Assembly (NCBI GenBank): GCA_964459125.1
Contig: CAYWLM010000001.1
Location: forward strand, 1 to 62,286
Direction: 5' to 3'
Length of the DNA: 62,286 nucleotides
DNA from: an uncultured Methylomonas sp.
GTDB taxonomy: Bacteria > Pseudomonadota > Gammaproteobacteria > Methylococcales > Methylomonadaceae
Every line of letters begins with the position of its first letter. The first letter of the stretch is position 1. Shown here one piece after another: positions 54,875-62,286 of this stretch. A model generated the notes under the pieces. That model ran no database searches, had not been told where the DNA came from, and was given only the letters and a program-made list of their open reading frames with translations. The position numbers were made by a program, and so were the translations under genes.

Positions 54875-55068
54875 GTAGGATGCGGTGAGGAACGAACCGC
54901 ATCAATATTTGTTCGTTAATAGGCTATTTCCGCCGCATTCGACACAGTTTACGATGAAAAAATACGTTGCTTCTTCTGTCTTGCTCTACGGTATGTAGCC
55001 ATTTGTTATTGATTAGATCACTTGATTTATGTCTCGATCGATGCGGTTCGTTCCTCACCGCATCCTAC
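54875..55068 (-). mobile_element. Second, more deleted RAYT/REP element (REPIN-like), inverted relative to the first
   Basis: Family-B REPs at 54875-54903 and 55040-55068; on the minus strand the spacer reads MATYRRA.. / EATYFFIVNCVECGGNSLLTN (RAYT N-terminus). Confidence 0.85.
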
Positions 55069-55144
55069 GCAAATATCCAAATATCTAGGGTCAGATACAA
55101 ATTAATTCAAATTAATTGTTATACTGCGTTTAAGGGGCAGCCAG

Positions 55145-55343
55145 CAATGCCGCTACCAGTTGTTTTTACTTATAACAAATCAGTAGGTTACAACAATCAT
55201 TTATATAAAATCACACTACAAAATTTATACGCAATTGTTCAAGTCTTTGTTTTTATGTTGACCCTATTCTCAGAAAACATAGCAAATATGAAGTCTTAAT
55301 CATTATAATTCAATCGCTTAGAACGTCACTGGTAGCGGCATTA
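55145..55343. mobile_element. Non-autonomous IS4-family-like MITE (199 bp)
   Basis: Perfect 15-bp inverted repeat AATGCCGCTACCAGT (55146-55160 / 55328-55342) resembling IS4 ends (TAATGCCG); degenerate 11-bp flanking duplication GGGGCAGCCAG / GAATCAGCCAG. Confidence 0.72.
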
Positions 55344-55538
55344 GAATCAGCCAGCTTGATTTTCTAACAAATATACCTTTTTTTCTTCTGAAAGTTGAGA
55401 GAAAAGACTAATGGCAATATACTCTGCACCGTTATTTTTAAGCGTTGGGTAATCAAGAAGGTGATATTTATTCATCTTCAGAATACGAACTTGTCAAAAT
55501 ATCAGAGGCCGTTATTGTGGGATTAATGGAAGTGAACT

Positions 55539-55895
55539 TTATTTCATGATTGATTTAATGAAATTTAACAATATTTTCAAACGGTTAAAAGTACATTTTA
55601 CAATGTCACCTCCGCTGTGTTTGAAGCGCTTTTTAAGTGCTTTTTTCACTTCCCACGTACCTTTGTAGCCTAATGGAAATACCACTAAGTCACCCGCTTT
55701 GAACGTAGTTGAAGGCCCGCCATCTGCAGGTGTCATTTCACATTCACCTTCTAAAATAAGTGCTGTTTCTGTAGTAACGAATTCCCATGGGAATACAGAT
55801 ACTTCTTTTTCCCATGTTGGCCAGTAAACAACACCCATTTCTTTTAAAAGTGCTTCACTTGGGTTGCTATCAACTGTAATTTCTTTCATGTTCAT
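55539..55895 (-). CDS. Small cupin-superfamily protein (DUF861-like)
   Basis: WPTWEKEVS.FPW....ET..ILEG...TP......F.AGDLV.FP.G....WEV. Confidence 0.88.
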   Translation of the reverse strand: MNMKEITVDSNPSEALLKEMGVVYWPTWEKEVSVFPWEFVTTETALILEGECEMTPADGGPSTTFKAGDLVVFPLGYKGTWEVKKALKKRFKHSGGDIVKCTFNRLKILLNFIKSIMK

Positions 55896-55912
55896 TCCTA
55901 TAGTTAGATTTA

Positions 55913-56629
55913 TGCCCAGAATCAGAATGATTTGGGATGTGCCATAGTATATTGTTTATCCTCTTTTTCCTACATTTTAAGGATAATCATAGGTCGATGC
56001 AGAATTCGCAAATCAAGAAGATATCATATTTTCATTATCAAAGTCAGGTTGTTGCTTGCATACCTATGTCATCATGAGCAGTCACTTACATTTGCACATT
56101 ACACCAAAACATAAACAGCAACTGGCGAAGTTTATGCAGTCGATGGCTAACAGATTCCGCTACTTTAATGCAAAACATCAGCGCAGTGGCACGATCTGGG
56201 AAGGACAATTTAAATCATGTTTGGTTGATAGCGAAGACGATCTTGTTATTTTTATACAAATATATTGAAATGAATCCTGTTAAGGCGAATAGGGTTGAGA
56301 CGCCGGCTGGTTATGAATGGTCTAGCTATCGACATAATGCCCTAGGAAAACCTGACGGCTTAATTATAGAACATGCGCTATATAAAGATTTAGGTGGTAC
56401 GATTGAACAGCGCTACAATCACTATAAGGCTCTGTTTGACGAGCTAAATATTACCCTGCGACATGCGCAAATAACAAAGGCAACATTAGCAGGAGAAGTT
56501 TATGGCAGTGAAAAATTTCATACTAAAATTAGCAAGTTAATTTCAAGTACAACTAAGCTAGCCTCCCATGGTGGAGATATAAAACATATTGAATATAAAA
56601 TCAAGCTAGCTGACCCCCTTGATTTGTGA
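55913..56629 (+). pseudogene. IS200-like / RAYT-related Y1 (HUH) transposase pseudogene
   Basis: MPR.. start; HTYVIMSSHLHL (HUH), RYFNAKHQRSGTIWEGQFKS, then frameshifted YIEMNPVKA...YEWSSY; stops and frameshifts. Confidence 0.85.
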
Positions 56630-56644
56630 CCCCTTAAAGAAGGA

Positions 56645-57229
56645 TTGATGAAAGAGATTGTAGGTATTTTACTTGCGGCGGGTGCCGGTAAGCGCTTTGG
56701 TTCGGATAAGTTATTGCAAACTTTACCAAACGGCCAGTTAATGGCTGTGCAGGCTTGCCGTAATCTATTGGCAGGCGTGGACAAGGTGTTGGCGGTGGTT
56801 AGACCAGGTAACGAGAGGTTGGCAGAGTGCTTAAAGGCCGAAGGTGCGGTTGTTGAAGTATGTTTAGATGCCGAACAGGGGATGGGCACAAGTTTAGCTT
56901 TCGGTGTCGGTGCTTGTCCTTCAGCTTTTGGCTGGTTAATCGCATTGGCCGATATGCCTTCGATTGCCCCTGCCAGCATTGCTCAAGTTGCAAATGCGCT
57001 ACGGACAGGCGAGCTGATCGCTGCACCGAGCTATCAAGGTCGGCGTGGGCATCCGGTAGGTTTTTCCAGCGATTTATATCGAGATTTGATCACATTGAAT
57101 GGCGATGTTGGAGCAAAATCAGTGTTACAATCAAAAAAAGATCAGGTTTGCCTGGTCAAATGTAATGACCCTGGCATACTGATGGATATAGACCAACCAG
57201 ATGATTTAAAATTGCTAAACCATGAATAA
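56645..57229 (+). CDS. mocA: Molybdenum cofactor cytidylyltransferase (MocA-like NTP transferase)
   Basis: LLAAGAGKRFG.DKLL, GMGTSL, LADMP, GHPVGF, GDVGA, DID.P.D. Confidence 0.85.
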   Translation: MMKEIVGILLAAGAGKRFGSDKLLQTLPNGQLMAVQACRNLLAGVDKVLAVVRPGNERLAECLKAEGAVVEVCLDAEQGMGTSLAFGVGACPSAFGWLIALADMPSIAPASIAQVANALRTGELIAAPSYQGRRGHPVGFSSDLYRDLITLNGDVGAKSVLQSKKDQVCLVKCNDPGILMDIDQPDDLKLLNHE

Positions 57230-58020
57230 TGAAACTAACCCCGAATATCTTGGAGCTGCAATTGCAATTGCAGAAGGCCCGCCAGCCATACGCTTTGGCC
57301 ACGGTGGTGGAAATCGTTGGCTCATCTTCGGCCAAACCCGCTGCCAAGGCGTTAATCGATCAAGCTGGGAAATTATTGACAGGCTGGGTCGGTGGTGGTT
57401 GCGCTCAGGCCATGATCGCTGAAACTGCATTGGCCTGTTTGGACAGCGGTGAGCCTAAGGTGGTTGAAGTGGATTTGGACGATGAGATTTTTGGAGCGGG
57501 TATGCCTTGTGGCGGTCATATGCGAGTCTATGTTGAACCGATGATTCCCAAACCTCAACTTTGGTTAATGGGACACGGACGTATCGTCGAAACCCTTTGT
57601 GATTTTGCCGATACTCTCGGATTCGAGGTGATTGTCGACGATCCGCAAGCCAAGGATGAGAACTTTCCACGGGCCAGTCGTATCATTACTGATGATCCTC
57701 GCTATCAGCAATTACTACCGGACAATGGTGATTTTGTCGTCATCGCCACTCATCACAAAGGTGACTATGACTCGCTGATACAAGCACTACAATCTGATGC
57801 ATACTATATCGCTTTAATTGCCAGCCGCAAACGATCTAATTTGGTATTAAAGCGTTTGACTGCGGAGGGCTTATCTGATGCCTGTTTGGCTAGAATCCGA
57901 GCGCCTGCCGGTTTAGCTTTGGGAGCTAAGTTGCCGGAAGAAATTGCCTTATCAATTGCCAGCGAAATGATTATGCTCAAACGGGGTGGTGACGGGCGGC
58001 CGTTGAATAATATTGAATAA
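57229..58020 (+). CDS. XdhC/CoxI-family Moco insertion chaperone
   Basis: ATVV...GSS, GWVGGGC, GMPCGG, IATHH..D, YIALIASRKR, PAGL.LGA..PEEIALSI. Confidence 0.9.
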   Translation: MKLTPNILELQLQLQKARQPYALATVVEIVGSSSAKPAAKALIDQAGKLLTGWVGGGCAQAMIAETALACLDSGEPKVVEVDLDDEIFGAGMPCGGHMRVYVEPMIPKPQLWLMGHGRIVETLCDFADTLGFEVIVDDPQAKDENFPRASRIITDDPRYQQLLPDNGDFVVIATHHKGDYDSLIQALQSDAYYIALIASRKRSNLVLKRLTAEGLSDACLARIRAPAGLALGAKLPEEIALSIASEMIMLKRGGDGRPLNNIE

Positions 58021-58061
58021 TGAAATGATGGCTTTAATTCATATATCCTGAGGAGGAACTG

Positions 58062-58529
58062 ATGATCACTCTCACCATTAACGGCTTAAGTCGCCAGATC
58101 GACTTGCCGCCGGATACCCCTTTACTATGGGCTTTACGCGATACTCTGGGCTTGACTGGTACTAAATTTGGTTGCGGTATCTCGATGTGTGGCGCTTGTA
58201 CCGTACATGCCGACGGCAAGCCGATCCGTGCCTGCGTAACGCCAATCTCTGCCGTTGCAGGTAAACAAATTGTGACGATCGAAGCGATAGACCAGGATAA
58301 AACAGGTAAAAAAGTGCAACAAGCCTGGCTTAAAGTTAATGTGCCGCAATGTGGTTATTGTCAGCCTGGACAAATCATGTCGGCCACGGCTCTTCTTAAA
58401 CAAAATCCATCCCCTAGTGATGCCGATATCGACCAAGCCATGCGTGGTAATTTGTGTCGCTGCGGTACTTATCCTCGTATTCGAGCCGCAATTAAAGAGC
58501 TTGCGGGTGCTCAGGAGGTAAAATCATGA
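58062..58529 (+). CDS. Molybdenum hydroxylase small (2x[2Fe-2S]) subunit, IorA-like
   Basis: [32 protein letters not shown]. Confidence 0.95.
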   Translation: MITLTINGLSRQIDLPPDTPLLWALRDTLGLTGTKFGCGISMCGACTVHADGKPIRACVTPISAVAGKQIVTIEAIDQDKTGKKVQQAWLKVNVPQCGYCQPGQIMSATALLKQNPSPSDADIDQAMRGNLCRCGTYPRIRAAIKELAGAQEVKS

Positions 58530-60883
58530 AAAAGCAGACAACTTACAATGATTTGTCACTCAATACAGCGGATGATGATCAGACACTGAGCATAGTCAAT
58601 GTTAGTCGACGTGCATTTTTAAAGGATTTGGCGCTATCAGGTTTTGTCCTGGCTGCTGGTTTTCCTTCTTTCTCTAAAGCCGATGAAACCCAACCTGTTG
58701 TTAAGGTTAACAAATATGGTGCTGATGCGATGCCGCATGGCTGGGTCGATGATCCACTGGTATTTGTTGCTATCGATGAATACAACACGGTCACCATTAT
58801 TTGCCATCGATCCGAAATGGGGCAGGGGGTACGCACCAGTTTACCCATGGTAGTCGCTGATGAACTCGACGCCAACTGGTTGCATGTTAAAGTCGAACAA
58901 GCGCCGGGTGACGAAGAGAAATACGGTAATCAGGATACGGATGGTTCGCGTAGTATGCGGCATTTTTTTATGCCGATGCGGCGAGTGGGGGCCGCTGCCA
59001 GACAGATGCTGGAAACGGCTGCCGCAGCACAATGGCAGGTGCCGGTGCAGGAAGTGAAAGCTGAAATGCAGCGTATTGTACATACTGCGAGCGGAAGAAG
59101 TTTGAGCTACGGCGAGCTTGCGGCTGCAGCTGCGAAGTTGCCGGTACCGGCCCGCGAAACGCTAAGACTGAAAACGCCGGAACAATTTCGTTATATTGGC
59201 AAAGGTAATCTGAAGATCTATGATGGCCAGGATATCGTATCTGGAAGAAGTCAATACGGCATCGATACTCGCTTTGAAGGCATGTTTTATGCTGTGATTG
59301 CCCGCCCACTGGTTTTGGGCGGTAAAGTGAAAAGCTATGATGCCAGCGATGCATTGAAAGTACCCGGTGTGGTGCGCGTCGTCGAACTGCCCAGTAGCCC
59401 ATTGCCGGCTGATTACCATCCGCTAGGTGGCGTGGCGGTCATCGCCGCTAATACTTGGGCAGCAATTAAGGGTCGTAAGGCTCTGAAAATCGAATGGGAC
59501 AACGGTCCGCATGCGAGCTACGACTCGATAAGCTATAGAGCGGAACTGGAGGCTGCGGCTCGAAAACCAGGAAAAGTGGTACGTAATAATGGCGATGTCG
59601 ATGCTGCATTTCAATCGGCAGACAAGCATATCGTTGCTGAATATTATGCACCGCATTTAGCGCAAGCTCCGATGGAGCCGCCTGCTGCCACAGCGCGCAT
59701 TGACAAAGGGCATTGCCGGGTATGGGCCTGTACCCAGGGTCCGCAATTAGCGAAAGATCGCGTGGCTAAATGGCTGAAACTGCCTGCAGATAAGGTCACC
59801 GTAAACGTAACGTTGTTGGGGGGAGGATTCGGTCGCAAGTCCATGTCGGATTATGTGGTTGAGGCGGCATTGCTATCTAACGCTATGAAAGGCAAGCCGG
59901 TCAAAGTAACCTGGACGCGTGAGGATGATTTGCAGCATTCCTATTTCCATACCGTCTCATTGGAACGATTGGAGGCGGGTCTTGATGCGCAAGGAAAGAC
60001 CATAGCCTGGTTGCATAGAACGGTAGCGCCCAGTATTTCGGCAACTTTTGCTGCTGGTAGTAAACACCAAATGCCAAGCGAACTAGGTATGGGGGTGATC
60101 AACGTGCCGTTTGCGATTGCCAATCTGCGCATTGAAAACCCGGAAGCCGAATCGCATACCCGTATCGGCTGGTTTCGTTCGGTATCCAATATTCCTCATG
60201 CCTTTGCGATACAATCATTTGTTGCCGAGTTGGCTACAGCCTCTGGCCGGGATCATAAAGACTTTTTGCTGGATTTAATAGGTCCGCCGCGGCGTATTGA
60301 TCCACGTAGCCTGAACGACAGCTGGAATCAGGGCGAATCCCCTCAAATTTATCCGGTCGATACCGGTCGCTTACGTCGGGTTATTGAAACGGTAACAGAC
60401 AAAGCCGGTTGGGGCGCTACGTTGCCTAAAGGACACGGGCTGGGCTTGGCCGCTCATTATAGTTTCGTCACTTATGTCGCGGTGGTTGTACATGCGGTGG
60501 TGGATGAATCAGGTATATTAACGATTCCACGCGTCGATATCGCTGTCGATTGTGGTCCAATAGTCAATCCTGAACGCATTCGATCACAGTTGGAAGGTGC
60601 CTGTATTATGGGGTTGACGCTGGCAATGCAGGGTGAAATCAGCTTTAAGGATGGCGCAGCCATACAGGATAATTTCCATACCTATCCATTACTCGGAATT
60701 GATGATTCACCGCGCGATATCCGCGTGCATTTTCTGCCTACAGAGAAATATGATGCCCCGTTAGGCGGCATCGGCGAACCGGCTGTACCGCCTATTGCCC
60801 CGGCATTATGTAACGCTATTTTTGCTGCCACCGGTGAGCGTATCAGAGCACTTCCGATCAAGGATAAGTTGAGAAAGGACTGA
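58526..60883 (+). CDS. Molybdenum hydroxylase large subunit (IorB / aldehyde oxidoreductase type) with a Tat signal
   Basis: SRRAFLK Tat motif, [45 protein letters not shown]. Confidence 0.93.
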   Translation: MKKQTTYNDLSLNTADDDQTLSIVNVSRRAFLKDLALSGFVLAAGFPSFSKADETQPVVKVNKYGADAMPHGWVDDPLVFVAIDEYNTVTIICHRSEMGQGVRTSLPMVVADELDANWLHVKVEQAPGDEEKYGNQDTDGSRSMRHFFMPMRRVGAAARQMLETAAAAQWQVPVQEVKAEMQRIVHTASGRSLSYGELAAAAAKLPVPARETLRLKTPEQFRYIGKGNLKIYDGQDIVSGRSQYGIDTRFEGMFYAVIARPLVLGGKVKSYDASDALKVPGVVRVVELPSSPLPADYHPLGGVAVIAANTWAAIKGRKALKIEWDNGPHASYDSISYRAELEAAARKPGKVVRNNGDVDAAFQSADKHIVAEYYAPHLAQAPMEPPAATARIDKGHCRVWACTQGPQLAKDRVAKWLKLPADKVTVNVTLLGGGFGRKSMSDYVVEAALLSNAMKGKPVKVTWTREDDLQHSYFHTVSLERLEAGLDAQGKTIAWLHRTVAPSISATFAAGSKHQMPSELGMGVINVPFAIANLRIENPEAESHTRIGWFRSVSNIPHAFAIQSFVAELATASGRDHKDFLLDLIGPPRRIDPRSLNDSWNQGESPQIYPVDTGRLRRVIETVTDKAGWGATLPKGHGLGLAAHYSFVTYVAVVVHAVVDESGILTIPRVDIAVDCGPIVNPERIRSQLEGACIMGLTLAMQGEISFKDGAAIQDNFHTYPLLGIDDSPRDIRVHFLPTEKYDAPLGGIGEPAVPPIAPALCNAIFAATGERIRALPIKDKLRKD

Positions 60884-60934
60884 TTATTTGATTAATGCTG
60901 GTCGACTCATTGGGTATAACTACATAACCTAACT

Positions 60935-61076
60935 GGGGCCAGATACAAATTAAATGTTACGCAATAATTTAAGTTTACTCTGACCCTAGCCAGGGTGGAC
61001 AAACAGCTTTATCGTTTGCCCACGATGAATAAACTCGAATGCTGATTGGTGGGCAAAAAAGCGCTGCCCACCCTAC
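60935..61076. repeat. Cluster of palindromic repeats (GGGTCAGA-type pair plus family-A REPs)
   Basis: GGGGCCAGATACAAATTAA (compare AGGGTCAGATACAAATTAA at 55087) ... TTACTCTGACCCTA; degenerate REP 60990-61023; REP 61048-61076. Confidence 0.75.
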
Positions 61077-61095
61077 CTGGCTTTTTATCCGTTGT

Positions 61096-61878
61096 CTAAT
61101 AATGGGTGGTGGGGGGCTGTCCAGGCTTAAGTTGGTAGTTCTTCCTCGAAACATAGAGCACAGTAGCAAAAATACAGACAGTAGCCACAGACGCTTGTAT
61201 CGTTCCCAGATCAAGTCCGCCATGATCGAGTGGTTTGGTTAGCAAATCACCAAATGTTGCACCAAATGGGCGAGTAAACACAAAGGCAACCCAGAAAAGG
61301 AATACCTGATTGATACGTGTGACATAGTGCAACAGAATAACAACACCAATCACGCCAGAAGTTATGAGCGCCCCTTGTATATAGCTTAGTTCCAGATTGT
61401 CGGTTAAATAATCACCAAACGCTGTACCCAAAGAGTTTGAAAACAAAACCGCCAGCCAGAACATTACTTCTGGCCATTTTCTGTTAATAGGATAAACTTT
61501 TAAGCTTTTTTCTTTTGAATGCCAAAAGGTGAGAACACCAAACAAGCAAGTCACCAATATCAGCGAACCGTAGACATATCCAAGACCCAATGTTCTATCC
61601 AAAAAATCAGAAATTTCAGTTCCAACCGTTGTTGTACCAATAATTGTCGCCCAGAAGAGCACTGAATGAAATTTATTGGCTCGAATCTGCACCACAAGCA
61701 GACTAAATAAAATTCCCCCCGTCACAAGAAGGCTAACTGTATAGCCCATATTCAAGGTGTGCGCGAGCATGTCGCCTGTTGTTTCACCTAGGGTCGTCGC
61801 TAGTATTTTTAATATCCAGAAATAGAGCGTTATCTCCGCCACTTTACTCAAATTTTCACTTGCAATTATTTTATTCAT
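61096..61878 (-). CDS. COG4705/DUF347 repeat membrane protein
   Basis: SKV.EITLYFW..KILATTLGET.GD, GT..SD, SNSLGTAFGD, FW.AFVFTRPFGATFGD.LTKP...GGL. Confidence 0.88.
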   Translation of the reverse strand: MNKIIASENLSKVAEITLYFWILKILATTLGETTGDMLAHTLNMGYTVSLLVTGGILFSLLVVQIRANKFHSVLFWATIIGTTTVGTEISDFLDRTLGLGYVYGSLILVTCLFGVLTFWHSKEKSLKVYPINRKWPEVMFWLAVLFSNSLGTAFGDYLTDNLELSYIQGALITSGVIGVVILLHYVTRINQVFLFWVAFVFTRPFGATFGDLLTKPLDHGGLDLGTIQASVATVCIFATVLYVSRKNYQLKPGQPPTTHY

Positions 61879-62286
61879 AATTAAGTTTGTCCGTTATGTT
61901 CCTTAAGATTTGATCGATGCCTAACTCACATTTTAGGGCATCAAGGGCACAAAACATAATTACAAAATGGTATAGTTTTAGCAAGTTACCTGAAAACCTA
62001 TACATCCGATTAAAGGAGGCAGAGGGAATATCAATCACTCTGCTAACACCTTGGTCCGCGGGGCGCTTCGGAGGAGAGCGGGTTTTTAGCCTGGACGTGT
62101 AGCTTATGGATTGTACACGTAGGCTATAAAGCCAGCTTCCCTCAAAGTTATCCCGTTTAAAATGATAGCCAAAACTACGCTTAATTCAATAGACCTTCAG
62201 AGGGAGCTTGGTAAGACTTGCACACATTATCTTTCCTTCTAAGTAACATAAATACATCCTATTGATTTTATTACCCTATTTATTCT

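Noticed and set aside
52244..55068. Recurrent 29-bp palindromic repeats as a possible CRISPR array
   Set aside because: Irregular spacing, alternating orientation, GTAG ends, RAYT remnants and no cas genes identify them as REPs
54967..55299. 110-aa ORF
   Set aside because: Runs across a REP, a RAYT remnant and a MITE; chance open frame
56518..60663. Many short overlapping or antisense ORFs in the Mo-hydroxylase operon
   Set aside because: Expected shadows of GC-richer coding sequence; no motifs
62041..62142. Bona fide integron cassette array
   Set aside because: Ends deviate from RYYYAAC/GTTRRRY, the site is single and no integrase is visible; kept only as a low-interest hairpin

Overview
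Low-GC gammaproteobacterial chromosome segment. The hopanoid cluster, a PmoD/AmoD-like protein and a probable tetrahymanol synthase point to a Methylococcales methanotroph (Methyloprofundus-like; an inference, not a database match). In order: 3' part of an rrn operon (16S end, tRNA-Ile, tRNA-Ala, 23S, 5S); lnt, orphan parA, leuS-lptE-holA; a lipoprotein beta-carbonic anhydrase; cobalamin genes (cobD, cbiB, cobQ); a cold-shock gene; a decayed mltF carrying a 66-bp MITE; pgi; a three-gene operon of C-terminally membrane-anchored periplasmic copper proteins (PmoD-like, two-domain multicopper oxidase, cupredoxin); a ths-like gene next to a sterol/tocopherol-type methyltransferase; a complete hopanoid cluster (sqs-shc-hpnG-hpnN-hpnO-dxs, divergent from hpnH-hpnB-hpnM-mlaA); copZ-copA; stand-alone lpxD, a second lnt and lpxB. 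From about 52.2 kb lies an accessory region rich in REP/RAYT remnants, with an orphan frameshifted lasso-peptide B2 gene, two toxin-antitoxin modules (the PIN toxin is interrupted by a (GTACT)9 microsatellite), an IS4-type MITE, a Y1 transposase pseudogene and a Tat-exported molybdenum hydroxylase operon. Most notable: the membrane-tethered copper operon, the possibly phase-variable PIN toxin, the ths-methyltransferase pair and the REP/RAYT-bounded cargo.
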